Shown here one piece after another: positions 14,961 through 28,110 of a stretch of DNA of 64,000 nucleotides (position 1 is the stretch's first letter; each line of letters starts with the position of its first letter). A model generated the notes under the pieces. It had not been told where the DNA came from and did not search any database. It saw only the letters and a program-made list of their open reading frames with translations. The translations under genes and the position numbers were made by a program. Location of the stretch: assembly GCA_951406725.2 (NCBI GenBank), contig OX597817.1:107880001-107944000 (forward strand), in the 5' to 3' direction. Origin of the DNA: Octopus vulgaris (lineage: Eukaryota).

Positions 14961-16285
14961 CCAAACCGTTCATTCATTCTCAAGGAGGAGAAAACTACTC
15001 CAGGCTACAAGGTCTCAAAAGAATGTGTGATCATTATGTTGGGAGGTAACTGTGCAGGCGATTTTAAGTTAAAGCCATTGCTTGTGTATCATGCACACAA
15101 ACCCCATACCCTGACGAACATACCCAAGGCATCTCTCCCTGTTATAAGGATAGCTAATTCAAAAGTATGGGTTACTGTTGTTTTTTTGAAGATTGGTTCT
15201 TCAATCATGTTAACTCAGCAGCAGAGAGATTCTGTAAGGAGAAGGCGATTCCTTTTAAGGTTTTACTTATTTTAGATAATGCTCCTGGCCACCAAGAAAA
15301 GATTGTACATTTTGAACCCAACGTTACCGTCGTATACCTCCCTCCGAACACCACATCTCTTCTGCAGCCAATGGATCAAGGAATAATTGCTATCTTCAAG
15401 CATTACTATATGAAGCGAACGCTGCGGCAAACAATAGCTGCAACTGATCTTGGTGAGTCCGTCTTGGAAGAGATACGATATCTTACAAGGCTGTACAGAA
15501 CACAGCAGCGGCATGAAATGATGTACAGTGCACGGCTATGAATGGTGTATGGAAGAAGCTATGCGCGCAATTCGTGAATGATTTTAAGGGGTTTGATAAT
15601 GTTGCCAGCAACAAAACGTTGGCGATTACGATCAAAGAACTGGAATTGAATTTGGAGGAGGAGGATTTCACAGATTTATTTGAAAAAGACAAGCAGCCCC
15701 AGACGAACGAGGATTTGCTAGAGCTTCACGAGCAGCAAAACAAAGAAGAGGAAGTCGAACCTGAGCCACGTCACTACGTCACTTTACCTTTAAGAAAATG
15801 CAGCAAGCATTTGCATTATATCGAAAAAGGTCTTTCTATGTTCGAAGATATGGATCCAAATGCTCAACGCTTTTCCAAGATTATATGGGCTTGTCGCGAA
15901 GCCTTTGCTCGAAGACAGTTCAAGGAATTCTCAACCGGTTTTTTAAGCGCATCAAACAAGAGCAGCAGAGTCAGCTGTTAATGTTGACGATCCACAGCCA
16001 TCTGCATCCGCGATGTAAACCACCAAATTTTATGTACGTATTGGTAAATTTAAAATAATTTAGCTTTTTTTTTACTATTGCAAAATGATGATAATTATTG
16101 AATTTATTTTTAAAGCGTAAAAAAGGCTCTTATTTTACCATGTATTATTACAAACTGCATTCATAAATAAAGCGTCCGCGATGTACGGTAAACACCGCCA
16201 AATTGTATTTGTAAATTTAGATTACTTTTTTTTTTACTGTACTGTATTAAAAACTAAAAATTATTTGTTTGTAAGCTTAAAATAG

Positions 16286-16410
16286 GCAGAAAATGAAGAC
16301 GAAAGACAGGCACGACTTGCAGCTGATCGTCTTCGAAAAGCATCACATCGTATGCAAGAAACAACACAAGAAACAGCAAACAGACTTGCAGATAGCCAAC
16401 AAAGAATGAT
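16286..16410 (+). pseudogene. STPR-like 23-aa repeat coding fragment (Helitron Rep/helicase N-terminus-like)
   Basis: Translates as AENEDERQARLAADRLRKASHRMQ-ETTQETANRLADSQQRM, with 23-aa periodicity of E..E..R..RL. Confidence 0.5.
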
Positions 16411-17073
16411 AATGTTCTTTCTTCTACTTCAATTATTACATAATTTTCTCTTCTAAAAATGCACACATACTGGAGGAGTAAATTATACATATAATAATAC
16501 ATTCAATGTGGCTCCAGATAAACAGCAAAAGTAATTACCCGATCAACGACGAGTATATATGTGTGTTTATGCGTGAATGTGTGTGCATATACATTTATGC
16601 ATTTTCGTGTGTGTATAATGCTCCTTGTCAAAGCTATCCAAAGTTGTCTTTCGCGTGTATTAAATAGTTCAAATAAAAAGCAGACATCTTCAGTGATTAT
16701 TTTATTTTTAAACGCTATAATTAAAAAGAGAATGTATTAATGTACGCCAGCGAAGAGGCGAGTGACAGATTTCCTCGTTTTATCATAGGCCGGTTTTTCA
16801 GGTCAGTTTGCTGAGAACGAAATATGTTTAATTTATAATCTAAAATATGTCTATTTATTTTAAAATACAGCGTAATTTTCCACTTTCTTGTTCTCTTTAA
16901 TTTGGGATTTTCCCTTTTATCTTTCCTCTCTTCATGCTTGTAATTATGTATGTATGTATGTATGTATGTATGTATGTATGTATGTATGTATGTATGTATG
17001 TATGTATGTATGTATGTATGTATATATGCTTGTATGTATATAGACGTGTACGTGTGTATGCATGTTTGTAAAT

Positions 17074-17260
17074 ATCGTTAGCATCCCAGGCAAAATGCTT
17101 AGCGGCATTTCGTCTGTCTTTACGTTCTGAGTTCAAATTCCGCCAAGATGACTTTACTTTTAATCCTTTCAGGGTCCATAAAATTGATCACTGGGGGTCT
17201 ATGTAATCGACTTACTTCCTGCCCCCAAATTTCTGGCCTTGTGCCAAAATTTGAAGCCAA
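17074..17260 (+). mobile_element. Meta-domain-like SINE fragment
   Basis: CGTTAGCA..AAATGCTTAGCGGCATTTCGTC..TTCTGAGTTCAAATTCCGCC. Confidence 0.7.
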
Positions 17261-17639
17261 TATTTAAGTAAGCGCTGTAAGAAGGTAATATAGATTGTGT
17301 TCGCAATCAGGTTTCGATTCCAAGTTGATGCTGTTTCATTTTACTTAACCCGTCATCTCTCATTTAAAAAAGCATAGCCATAACACTGTCATATTACTGC
17401 TTGCTTAAAGTTACCCTCTCTGCGAAAATATTATCAAGCTGTTAAGGATAATACAATTGTAAGCTATATTACCATTGGTGTTGTCCCATCAATTTTACTG
17501 AGGGCTTTCACAAAATGTTGATACATATAATAAGGATGCTTGCATGTATGTATGTATGTATGTATGTATGTATGTATGTATGTATGTGTGTATGTATGTA
17601 TGTATGTATGTATGTATGTATGTATATATGTATGTATGT

Positions 17640-17865
17640 ATGTGTATCTTTGTGTCTGTTTCTCCCCTATCACCGGTTGACAACCGTTGTTGAAGTTAGT
17701 TTTTATGTTCCCGTAACCTAGCGGTTCAGCGTAAGAGACTGATAGAATAAGTACAAGTCTTAAAAAATAAGTCCTGGTGTCGATTTGTTCGACTAAAACC
17801 CCTCAGGGCGGTGCTCCTGCATAGCTGCAGTCAAAAGATTGAAACAAGTATTGGTATAAAAGAAA
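17640..17865 (+). mobile_element. OK/OR-like SINE 3' half
   Basis: TTGACAACCG..CCGTAACCTAGCGGTTC..GAAACAAGTA. Confidence 0.7.
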
Positions 17866-17888
17866 AAAAAAGACTCTCTCTCTCTCTT

Positions 17889-17963
<75 letters not shown>

Positions 17964-18520
17964 GTGGATGTAGGCAGTTGCTCGGTAACGAAATTTGCTT
18001 AGTGTAGTGCAAACTCAGGCCCAAATTTTTTTTACAAACTAGGCTGATTTTTTTCTATCTTAATATCAAAACAAACACAGATATAATGATATTTTTTCAT
18101 TGTTATATATGGAAACGTAATGCTTGAAATCATTCTAAGAAAGTTAGAGTTTGTGAATCCAACCAACTAAGGGATAATATCTATCCAATATACTGCTGGT
18201 AGAATACCCAATTATTAATACATAAGTGTTTTTATTTCATTGAAATTACATTACCTAGTGTACTAAATGGGTGAAGGTAAAGTGTTATTTTACCATTAAT
18301 TTATAGACCAATAAGAAAATGGAGGGGATCAATAGGTGGTTCATCAACCTTTAGACATTAAATTATGTCAGCTTATTTATTTATTTACTAAACTGACAAT
18401 TACAAGAATATACATACATGTATAACATATTATGCTTTACATATAAGATATAAAATATATTAATATATAAAGATACCAGTAATTATTACAAAATAACATA
18501 CATGAATATATATTGGGAAA

Positions 18521-18648
18521 ATAACTTACAGCTGTTTCAGCCAAGAGGCAAAAATACCTCATTCTACCTTTATTACTCTAGGAGACTGAAGTAATAAGTA
18601 GATGAAATTGAGGTGCTTGGGTGTTTCTCTAGGCTTCATCAGAGATTT
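18521..18648 (-). ncRNA. Type I hammerhead with ~97-nt extended stem II
   Basis: Minus strand: CTGATGA-AGCCtAGAG..ACCTCA..TCTAC TTATTACT loop AGTAATAA..GTAGA..TGAGGT..CTCTtGGCT-GAAA-CAGCTG-TA; stem I is weak. Confidence 0.7.
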
Positions 18649-19263
18649 TATAAAGTACATAAGGTTAAGTTATGAATAAATATAAATATAAAATAAATAA
18701 AACTACACATACTTTTAAATACTTATAAATAGATATACATACACATGCATATATAAATATATATAAATACTTTTATATATACTTAAATGTACATACATAT
18801 TTACATTTATAAGAACAGTAAATTTGCAATCAATATATCTTAAAGTTATTACAGTTATGTCAGAACGAAACTGCATACACATGAGGAACGTATATATGCA
18901 TATGCACACATACATACACGCACAACTTTAAGATATATTGATTGCAAATTTGATAAAAAGTCCGAATTTTTTATATGTACATATGTACATTCATTTGTAT
19001 TAAACATATTGCTTAACTTACTTGTCCTTACATTTACTCCTCTACCTGCTCAAGTTCAAATCTCTTGTTGCTTTAGTTCAGCGATACATCTTTCTAGGGA
19101 TTTTGGGTTTTTTTCTTTATTTTAGTTCTTTGTTCTAGTTTTATGAAGAAGCCTAACTTCAAGCAACTTTTCACAGATCAATTTTTAAACACTATTTTCT
19201 AAGTCTGGGAAAAGTAAGTAGTTCACCCGCTGCAACTCCTGTTTCCGGCCTTTGGATGTAGGT

Positions 19264-19302
<39 letters not shown>

Positions 19303-19672
19303 CATATGTGGGTGGATGTGTACTGGATGTGTGTATAATTACGCATATGAATGAATTAACCATTCGTGGGCATATGAATGAGTTAAACATGTTTTTATAG
19401 CTTTGGCGCATTGTGGTGTGTGTAAATTGCAATTTAAATAGATTATTTGTCCCAAATACCGCAATACTTCTCTCACATGTTTTTAATAGCTTAGTTTTAG
19501 GTGAAAAACGTGTTTTACAAAATTGCATATAGTAAAGTATATGTGGCTGAAATGTAAGAAGCTTGCTTGCCAACCACATGTATAGCACCTTGGGAGAAGT
19601 GTCTCCTACTATAGCCACGGGCCGACCAAAGCTTTGTGAGTGTTTATGGTAAACGGGAAGTGAAAGACGGGG

Positions 19673-20557
19673 TACAAGAGGGTACCCAAAAGAAAATGGA
19701 ATTTTGTAATATTATTTAATTCACTTAGTTTTACACGTTTACACTTTTATCGCCTTCAGAGTATTTTCCCTGTGAAGCAATGCATCGGTCCAGACGCGTA
19801 TTCCACCGTTGGAAACAGTCCTGGGACTCTTGCGAAGTGATACCTTCTAACATCTCCGTCGTTTTTTTCTTTACCTCTTCCACGTCTGCAAAAAATTTTC
19901 CTTTAAGGACTTTTTTCATTCGGAGGAACAGAAAAAAGTCGCAGGGGGCAAGATCGGGTGCATATGATGGGTGGGTAAGCGGAGTCATGCATTCAGTCGT
20001 GACTGCTTTTGCTCTGCCACGAACAAGCGAGGCACAAATTTTGCTGCAATTCTATTCGTTCGCAATTCCTCGCTCAAAATTCGTGAACAGGACACATCAG
20101 TCATATCAAGTTCATCAATAGTTCGGTGACAGTCCTCCAAGTTCAGTTCATGACATTTCATGATATTTTCATTCGTTCGGGATGTCGACGGTCATCCTGA
20201 ACGAGATAGGTCTCTTCAAGCGAAAAGTGACCATTCCTAAACGTTAAAACCACTCATAAACTAGTAAGCTATCTGAAGTATGACAACTGTTTCGGCCACC
20301 GTTTTCCCTAGCAGAAAGCAGAATTTCTCGGAAGCACGCTGTTTCTTCGTTTCAGCTATAGCAAAAATCGACGAACACGGGAAAAGCACTGAAAAACAAA
20401 GACGCACCACGTGGCAGTACGACTCCAGAGGACGATGCCGGTTGGTAGGCTGATGCCTGAGGATCGCACCAAGGTACTTCTAGCGGCGGAAGCCTGAACT
20501 ACAAAGGGCTTGTCGCACAGAGAACGTTTCCGGTTACTTTTGGTCACCTGCTCGTTT
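19673..20557 (-). mobile_element. Internally deleted mariner (irritans-like)
   Basis: ORF 19731-19988 reads HPSYAPDLAPCDFFLF..RLDRCIASQGKY; imperfect TIRs at both ends. Confidence 0.85.
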
Positions 20558-20801
20558 ATGTATGTGTGTTGGCTTGATAACTGGTGTTGGTGTGTTAACA
20601 TCCTCGTAACTCAGCAGTTCGGCAAAAGTGACCAATAGAATAAGTACTAGGCTTAAAGAGTTAGCGAAAATATAAGTATCGATTCATTCGACTAAAAAAA
20701 TTCTTCAAGGCGGTGACCCAGCATGGCCGCAGTCTGGAAGGTGTTTATAAGCCATTTAAAAACACTAAAACCGTTAGATTCACTTCAACATTTAAATTAT
20801 A

Positions 20802-20852
20802 TTTGTCAAAATATTTTCGTCGCTTTGAAACCGTGATCTGTTCACTGACAAA
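20802..20852 (-). ncRNA. Minimal type I hammerhead variant with G3-C8 swapped core
   Basis: Minus strand: TTTGTCA-GTGAACA-stem II (decayed)-GAAA-ATAT-TT-TGACAAA; perfect 7-bp stem I, palindromic AAATATTT stem III. Confidence 0.55.
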
Positions 20853-21065
20853 ATTCCATGGGGCATCTGAGAAAATAACAGTTACTTTGTTTGTATGTAA
20901 GTATGTATGTATGTATGTATGTATGTATGTATGTATGTATGTGTGCATGCAAGTATGTGTGCAAGCAAGTATGTGTGCATGCATATGTGTACATGCGTGT
21001 GCGTGCGTGCATGCCTATATGCATGTATGTATGTACGTATGTACTTATGTATATATGTGAGTATT

Positions 21066-21190
21066 TAGGTATGTAAGTGTGTAGACGTGTCTGTGTGTGT
21101 GTATACATGTATGTACATGTGAACGTATGTTTATGTACTGACATGTGTGTCTGTTCAAGTTGTATATATGACTGTTACCCCGTCGAAGGT

Positions 21191-21222
<32 letters not shown>

Positions 21223-21340
21223 CAACCTTCGACAGAGTAACAGTACAACTTTAACAGACACACATGTCAGTACATAAACATGCGTTCACATGTATATACA
21301 CATATACACACACAGACACGTCTACACACTTTCGTACCTA
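21066..21340. repeat. Inverted repeat (~120-bp arms) centred on a (TG)n(TA)n tract
   Basis: 21066-21192 vs 21222-21340 are reverse complements (e.g. CTGTTACCCCGTCGAAGGTTGT / ACAACCTTCGACAGAGTAACAG). Confidence 0.85.
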
Positions 21341-22251
21341 GGATCTATTCCATCTCAATCACAGATTTTTAAAGTATTTTTTTTAACTAAACAATTTGAA
21401 ACTTGAATACTGGTAGAATTTCTCACGAAGGACACGGTTTATTCTGAACGTTCTTGACAAAATTTCGTATTTTAGAAGTTATTTCGTGTTAAAGTTGTCG
21501 TATTTGGGTAAATTAGTTTAAAGGACCCTATGATTTTGCTAATTCAAAGCTTAAAAAAGACCCCATTAAATCTGGTTTGAAGAGGATCTAAAACGTAAAA
21601 AGGGATCAGTTGACTCAGTGGGATTCAATTAAATTTAATGGATTTTTAAATTCAAAAGCACCCAACATAAAAAGAAGGTTCAATAATTTTAAAAGAACTC
21701 TCTTAGGTTAAAAAAATTAAGCAAGTAAATATATTACAAATTATTTAATTGCTCTAAACATACTTTTAAATTATTACCCACAAACATTGGGCTTCTCTGA
21801 TTTAAAGGGCCCATATTGGCTCATACATTGGAAGCTGCCTTCGGAGAACTGGTGAAAGATTCTGACCCGATGGTATTTCGACAACTGTAAACCATGGAGA
21901 ATGTGTAATCGTGGTATGTGATAAATAAATGCAGGAATTGATGTAAATTAGAGAGAAGTGTTTTTTTTTTTTATATATTTCCCAGTCAACAAAAATTATT
22001 TTTACCTACAAAGCACCGCCACTTCCAATTAGTTACAAATGAATTCTCTGTTAATTATAGACTGGTTAGGCCACAGTTTCATAACTGAATCTCCTAAAGA
22101 ATACTTGAAGATATGTTGATTTACAAACTTGGGAGTAAAATTTACAAATTCTGATCATTTTGAGAATAGGACATTATCGATATTCCTGGGTGCAGAACAA
22201 CAAGTTCTACCAGATGGTTAAAATATATATTTATATGTATGTGTATGTATG

Positions 22252-22312
<61 letters not shown>

Positions 22313-22386
22313 GTGTGTGCATATATATATATATATATATATGTATATGTGTGTGCATATATTATATATATATATATATATATATG

Positions 22387-22715
22387 AAGGCGCATGGATC
22401 AGTTTTTAGAGCATCGGGCTCACACTCATCAGTTTTTGAGTTTGATACCCGGACAGGGCTATTTGTTGTGTTTTTGAGCAAGACACTTTATTTCACATTG
22501 CTCCAGTTCACTCAGTTGTAGAAAAGAGTTGCAATGTCACTGGTGCCAAGCTGTATCGGCTCTTACCTTTCCCTTGGATAACATCAGTTGAGACGGGAGG
22601 CTGGTATGCATGAGCATCTGCTAGTCTTCCATAAACAACCTGGCCCGGTCTTGTGCCTCGGAGCGTAACTTTTTAGGTGTAATCCCATGGTCATTTGTAA
22701 CCGAAGGGGGTCTTT
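22387..22715 (+). mobile_element. tRNA-derived SINE (third family)
   Basis: Head GGCGCATGG..GAGTTTGATACCCGG; body TTGAGCAAGACACTTTATTTCAC is shared with 35205-35470 (minus strand). Confidence 0.75.
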
Positions 22716-23754
22716 ACACACACACACACACACATGAAAAAGTGGGTAAATTAAAGAAAGCTCAGACAGATGTTCATATTTCATGCGAACTTCGAGTATT
22801 TCTACTTGTTTCTGGAATTTTTAATATATAATGAAATAATTACCACAGAGCTTATTTTAAAAGGCCCTACCAATTTTCTTTACCGCTGATCTGTGCGTGC
22901 GCGCGCGCGCGCGTGTGTGTGTTTAATTGTTGCCTGAAGGATGTATTTCAAAGGTTTAGTATGAGTAAACATGTTGGGAACATTGTTCTACCGTCTTTAA
23001 AAAAGGACACCTTAGATGACGTACCTACGAAAAATACGTCATTTTCTCGGCTGATATGCCTTTTATCCTAGAATATTCCTCTATTAACAACGTTCTACTT
23101 TGTGGATATCATTTCGGTTATACAAAAAGCCTTCGAAGTAGACGCTCGACCTTATTAATAACATCAACTAAATTTCCTTCAAATAACATTTTACAAGGAC
23201 ATGCACCCCCCCTACATTTTCATACATACATACATACATACATACATACATACATACAGAATAATGTAGATTTGGATACCTAATATCTTATTATACATAT
23301 AACAAAGAGCGGGAAACGATGGCTTGTATGACCTTTATGACTCAGAATTATATATCAACAAGATGTTTATCATTAACAATTCCAGGCAAAAGGATACTGA
23401 TTAAATTATTACGTTGATGTTATTGGACACCATGTAAACGGTTACTTAAGATATTCATATATAGACACATCTTTTCACTTGAAACGAAAATAATATGCTA
23501 TTGTTAATATAATACAGATGTAACCTATTTTTCAAGTTACTTTGCTTTGAAACTAATAAATGCAATTTTTGCCAATGCAGACCAATACTACAATCTCTGG
23601 GTATTATTCGTGTTTTTCTTTGTCAATCTTGTATATTGTTATGTAAAAGTATTTTCTGGGAAAATAGGTGTGCAAACTACAGTAAATTTTACAATATATA
23701 AAATGTACTGTAGTAATGTTACATGTTTCAATATGAATATTATCTTGGTCTTTA

Positions 23755-24130
23755 AGGCGGCAAACTGGCAGAAACGTTAGCACGCCGGGCGAAATGCTTA
23801 GCGGTATTTCGTCTGCCGCTACGTTCTGAGTTCAAATTCCACCGAGGTCGACTTTGCCTTTCATCCTTTCGGGGTCGATTAAATACGCACTGGGGTCGAT
23901 ATAATCGACTTAACCCGTTTGTCTGTCCTTGTTTGTCCTCTCTGTGTTTAGCCCCTTGTGGGTAGTAAAGAAATAGGTATTTCGTCTGTCTTTACGTTCT
24001 GAGTTCAAATTCCGCTGAGCTCATCTTTTCGGGGTCGATAAATTAAGTACCAGTCGCGTATTGGGGTCGATCTTATCGACTGGCCTTCTCCCCAAACATT
24101 TCGGGCCTTGTGCCTAGAGTAGAAAAGAAT
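23755..24130 (+). mobile_element. Meta-domain-like SINE, full length with partial tandem duplication
   Basis: GGCGGCAAACTGGCAGAAACGTTAGC..TTTCATCCTTTCGGGGTCGAT; AATATTATCTTGGTCTTT on both flanks (TSD-like). Confidence 0.85.
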
Positions 24131-24657
24131 ATTATCTTGGTCTTTTAAATACATTCTTAACTGTATTTCTGTACGCTTATAATGTAAGTTAGTCTCTTTT
24201 CTCTCTCTCTTTACCCCTGTATCTCTATTTGAGTACATGTGTGTATGTATGTATGCATGTATGTATGTATGTATGTATGTATGTATGTATGTATGTATGT
24301 ATGTATGTATGTATGTATGCATGTATGTACGTAGATATATATATATATATTAAGTCATCCCATAAATAATGCGAGTGTGTATAAAAAAACTGACACATAT
24401 GACACCGCTACACATACCACACACTCCATATCACACACCTCATACACGCAGAGACACCACGTTAATAATACACACTTTCTCAACTTCAAGATAACTCTTG
24501 CCAGCTTCACAGCTTACCCAACCAAGGGACATAACTCTTAACCCAATCCCCTGGACCCTATTTCTTTTCACCACATTTTTCACAGCAGCCACTGACCGGC
24601 TGTACTAATCCACCTCCGGCAATAGAGAGTAGTCGTCATATTCCCTTCCATATCGAC

Positions 24658-24742
24658 CATCTCTGATGAGCATAAAGTTATATAATCGGATTATTACCTA
24701 ACACCCCATTATATTCTTTACGCGAAATCGATTGGTAAGATG
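24658..24742 (+). ncRNA. Type I hammerhead with extended stem II
   Basis: CATCT-CTGATGA-GCaTAAAG..TATAAT..ATTATA..CTTTAcGC-GAAA-TCgattGG-TA-AGATG; perfect 5-bp stem I. Confidence 0.75.
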
Positions 24743-24791
24743 AGCCGTGATGGATATCTAATACTGTAAAATTCAAATGTTATATATATAT

Positions 24792-24825
<34 letters not shown>

Positions 24826-24851
24826 GCACACACATATATATATATATATAT

Positions 24852-25497
<646 letters not shown>

Positions 25498-26689
25498 GTA
25501 CACATATATGTGTATGCGCACAAACCTACACAAGCACACACTAGTGTATATATGCATGTATATATATATAGATGTATGCATATATATATATATATATATA
25601 TATATTAATAAATAAAACATATGCATATATATATATACATATATGTACGTACCTACCTCTACATGTATATATACACGCATATATGAGTACAGGACACCAA
25701 AAAAAAACGTCGAACACAATGAGAAACGAAAACATAGACACAAACCCAAGGAACTGGACATTTTTCTTAAACAACAACAAAAATAGAGTATAGGACAAAT
25801 AACACAAGGAAAAAAACCCTTCTTCAGTCGCCATGGTTTCATCTACTCTACGTTTCGAAGGTGAAGGCGAGACGTATCTTCGATAGAAACTTTCCTTCCT
25901 GCGAAAAGCAAATCAAATAAAATTTGTGATCTTTTTGCAGAGGAGTAAAAATGGTAACAAAAACAGGACAGTAACGACAGACATGAGCGATCGTTGTATT
26001 CTTTCTTGTCTTGAGGTTGGGTGGATTCGCATGAAAAATAGCACACATGTGCAGACGGGTGCATACATTGGAATGCGGTTTGTATTTTTTTCCTAGCCCC
26101 CATACTTACCGAGAAAATCGATTACAACTTTTTTAATGGAATTCCCCTGTTTATTCCGTCATTAAAACAACCAGTTGCTCGCACATATACCATTTCGCTA
26201 GCAACAAGGGGAGTACAGGATGACAGTCAGCCAAAACTTTCGCTATGCTGTCTCTCTTCTTCTCTCTCACATACACATGCGCAAGCACACACGCACACAC
26301 AAGCATACGCACACACATACACACACACACATCCATTTCATATATTTTCTTTCAATTTGTGCAAATAAAATTTTTACGGATACAACTGCTTATAAAATTG
26401 ACATTAATGTATAATTTCTTTCTATGTTCATAATTAAATCAATGTTTTAATGATTAGACAGAGGTCCAATAGAATAGCTCTCAGAAACAGACTACGTACA
26501 AATTCTTTCTTCACAACTCCTGAAGCTGTTTTCTGACAAGGAGGGAGGCTCCAATCAAAACAGGGGACCCGAAATGATAAGGTTGAGAAATGCTGTTATA
26601 GCTTATACTTAACCGAAAACGATCACACCCACATCATCCAAATAGACCGTGTAAAACCGGGCTTAACTTCTAGTATATATATGTATATG

Positions 26690-26777
<88 letters not shown>

Positions 26778-26860
26778 AGAGAGAAATCCGCGAGCATCTG
26801 TAGAGTGTATATAAAAGAACTTTGATATGGAGAGATGGAATGTATAGGTTTTATTACAAA

Positions 26861-26976
26861 TCACTACAACAGTTTCGACTCATTATTATCGGCTGGTACT
26901 TGCTGAATGTTACATTATACACATCTTGCTTTAATATGATCTAACAATCGCTGTATACATGCACGTCTTCAGGTGA
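26861..26976 (-). ncRNA. Degenerate type I hammerhead with long stem II insert
   Basis: Minus strand: TCAC-CTGAAGA-..~90 nt..GTC-GAAA-CtgttG-TA-GTGA; 4-bp stem I, base of stem II is imperfect. Confidence 0.45.
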
Positions 26977-27713
26977 GTGGTGGTCCACGTCACTGCTAAA
27001 TCATCTTTAGTTTCTCTTTGTTTTATACTCACACCATTATATTAGTTTTAAAATTCATTGACAAAGGATAACACAGAAATATATAGAGATACAAATGAGA
27101 AAATACCAAAAGTAAATTAATGGAAATAAAAAGTAAAATAATAAAGAAGCCTTTATTCACTCCATCTTTAATCACTGATTTGTCTCAACATTTAGGAAAA
27201 TAAACAAACATTCTAAGATAATAATGTCGTTAAATGATAAACCTGAAAAAGTACTTGAATCTTGTGTCTGTTACGTTCTACTTCAATGGAAATCAGTGGC
27301 ATATGGTCAATTCCTTAGCACTACGGGAGACAAAAGTCTGTCGGCTTACAGACTCAATTTTGACTGTATAGCTTAACTGTTGTAGACTTTGCCACAGTTG
27401 TTTTACGAGCCATTAAGAGAGGCTCGTAAAACCTCTCTTAATGGCTCTTAGTAAAGCTTCTTAATACCAAGAAGCTTTACTAGTACATGCACTCTTGTAC
27501 ATACATACGCACTGTTATGGAGGCCAGCTTAGTGGTGTCAGCTGCTCTACCAAGGGTGGAAGTTGACATGTCTGAGCCAACAGACACTTTTTATTTACGA
27601 ACCTTTACGTTCAAGCCCTGCCGCGGTAGGTCAGCATTGATTTTCATCATTCAGAGGCCGATTAAATATAGTGCTAGTTAAGTACTCGGGTAGATTTAAA
27701 AAAAAACCTATTA

Positions 27714-28110
27714 GGCGCAGGCGTTGCTGCATTGTAAGAAGCTTGTTTCTCAACCACATGGTTCCGGGTTCAGTCTCACTGCATGGCACATTGGGCAAGT
27801 GTTTTCTACTATAGCCCCAGGCCGACCAAAGCCTTGTGAGTGGATTTGGTAGACGGAAACTGAAGGAAGCCTGTCGTATATGTATATATTTGTGAGTGTG
27901 TGTCTGTCTTTGTCCTCCTCACCCCAACCGTCGCTTGACAACCGATGCTAGTGTGTTTAGCGGTTCGGCAAAAGGAACCGATAGAGTAAGTACAAGGCTT
28001 ACAAAGAATAAGTCCTGGGGTCGATTTCTTCGACTAAAATCCTTTAAAGCGGTGCTCCAGTATGGCTGCCGTCAAATGACTGAAACAAGTAAAAAAATAA
28101 AATAAAAGAA
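27714..28110 (+). mobile_element. OK/OR-like SINE, full length
   Basis: Matches 13778-14173. Confidence 0.85.

Larger units (their letters stand above)
13745..15981 (+). pseudogene. pogo/Tigger-family transposase pseudogene (CENP-B-type HTH + DDE_1), split by two SINEs and frameshifts
   Basis: MAPKK start at 13745; motifs VAIARSYGISQTTVSTI, EEMESLLSLWI, WKKLPNRSFILKEEK, GDFKLKPLLVY, LLILDNAPGH and LPPNTTSLLQPMDQGIIA. Confidence 0.92.

Noticed and set aside
21560-22230. Complex sequence that might hold host exons
   Set aside because: Stops in the frames I examined and no recognisable protein; cannot support a call.
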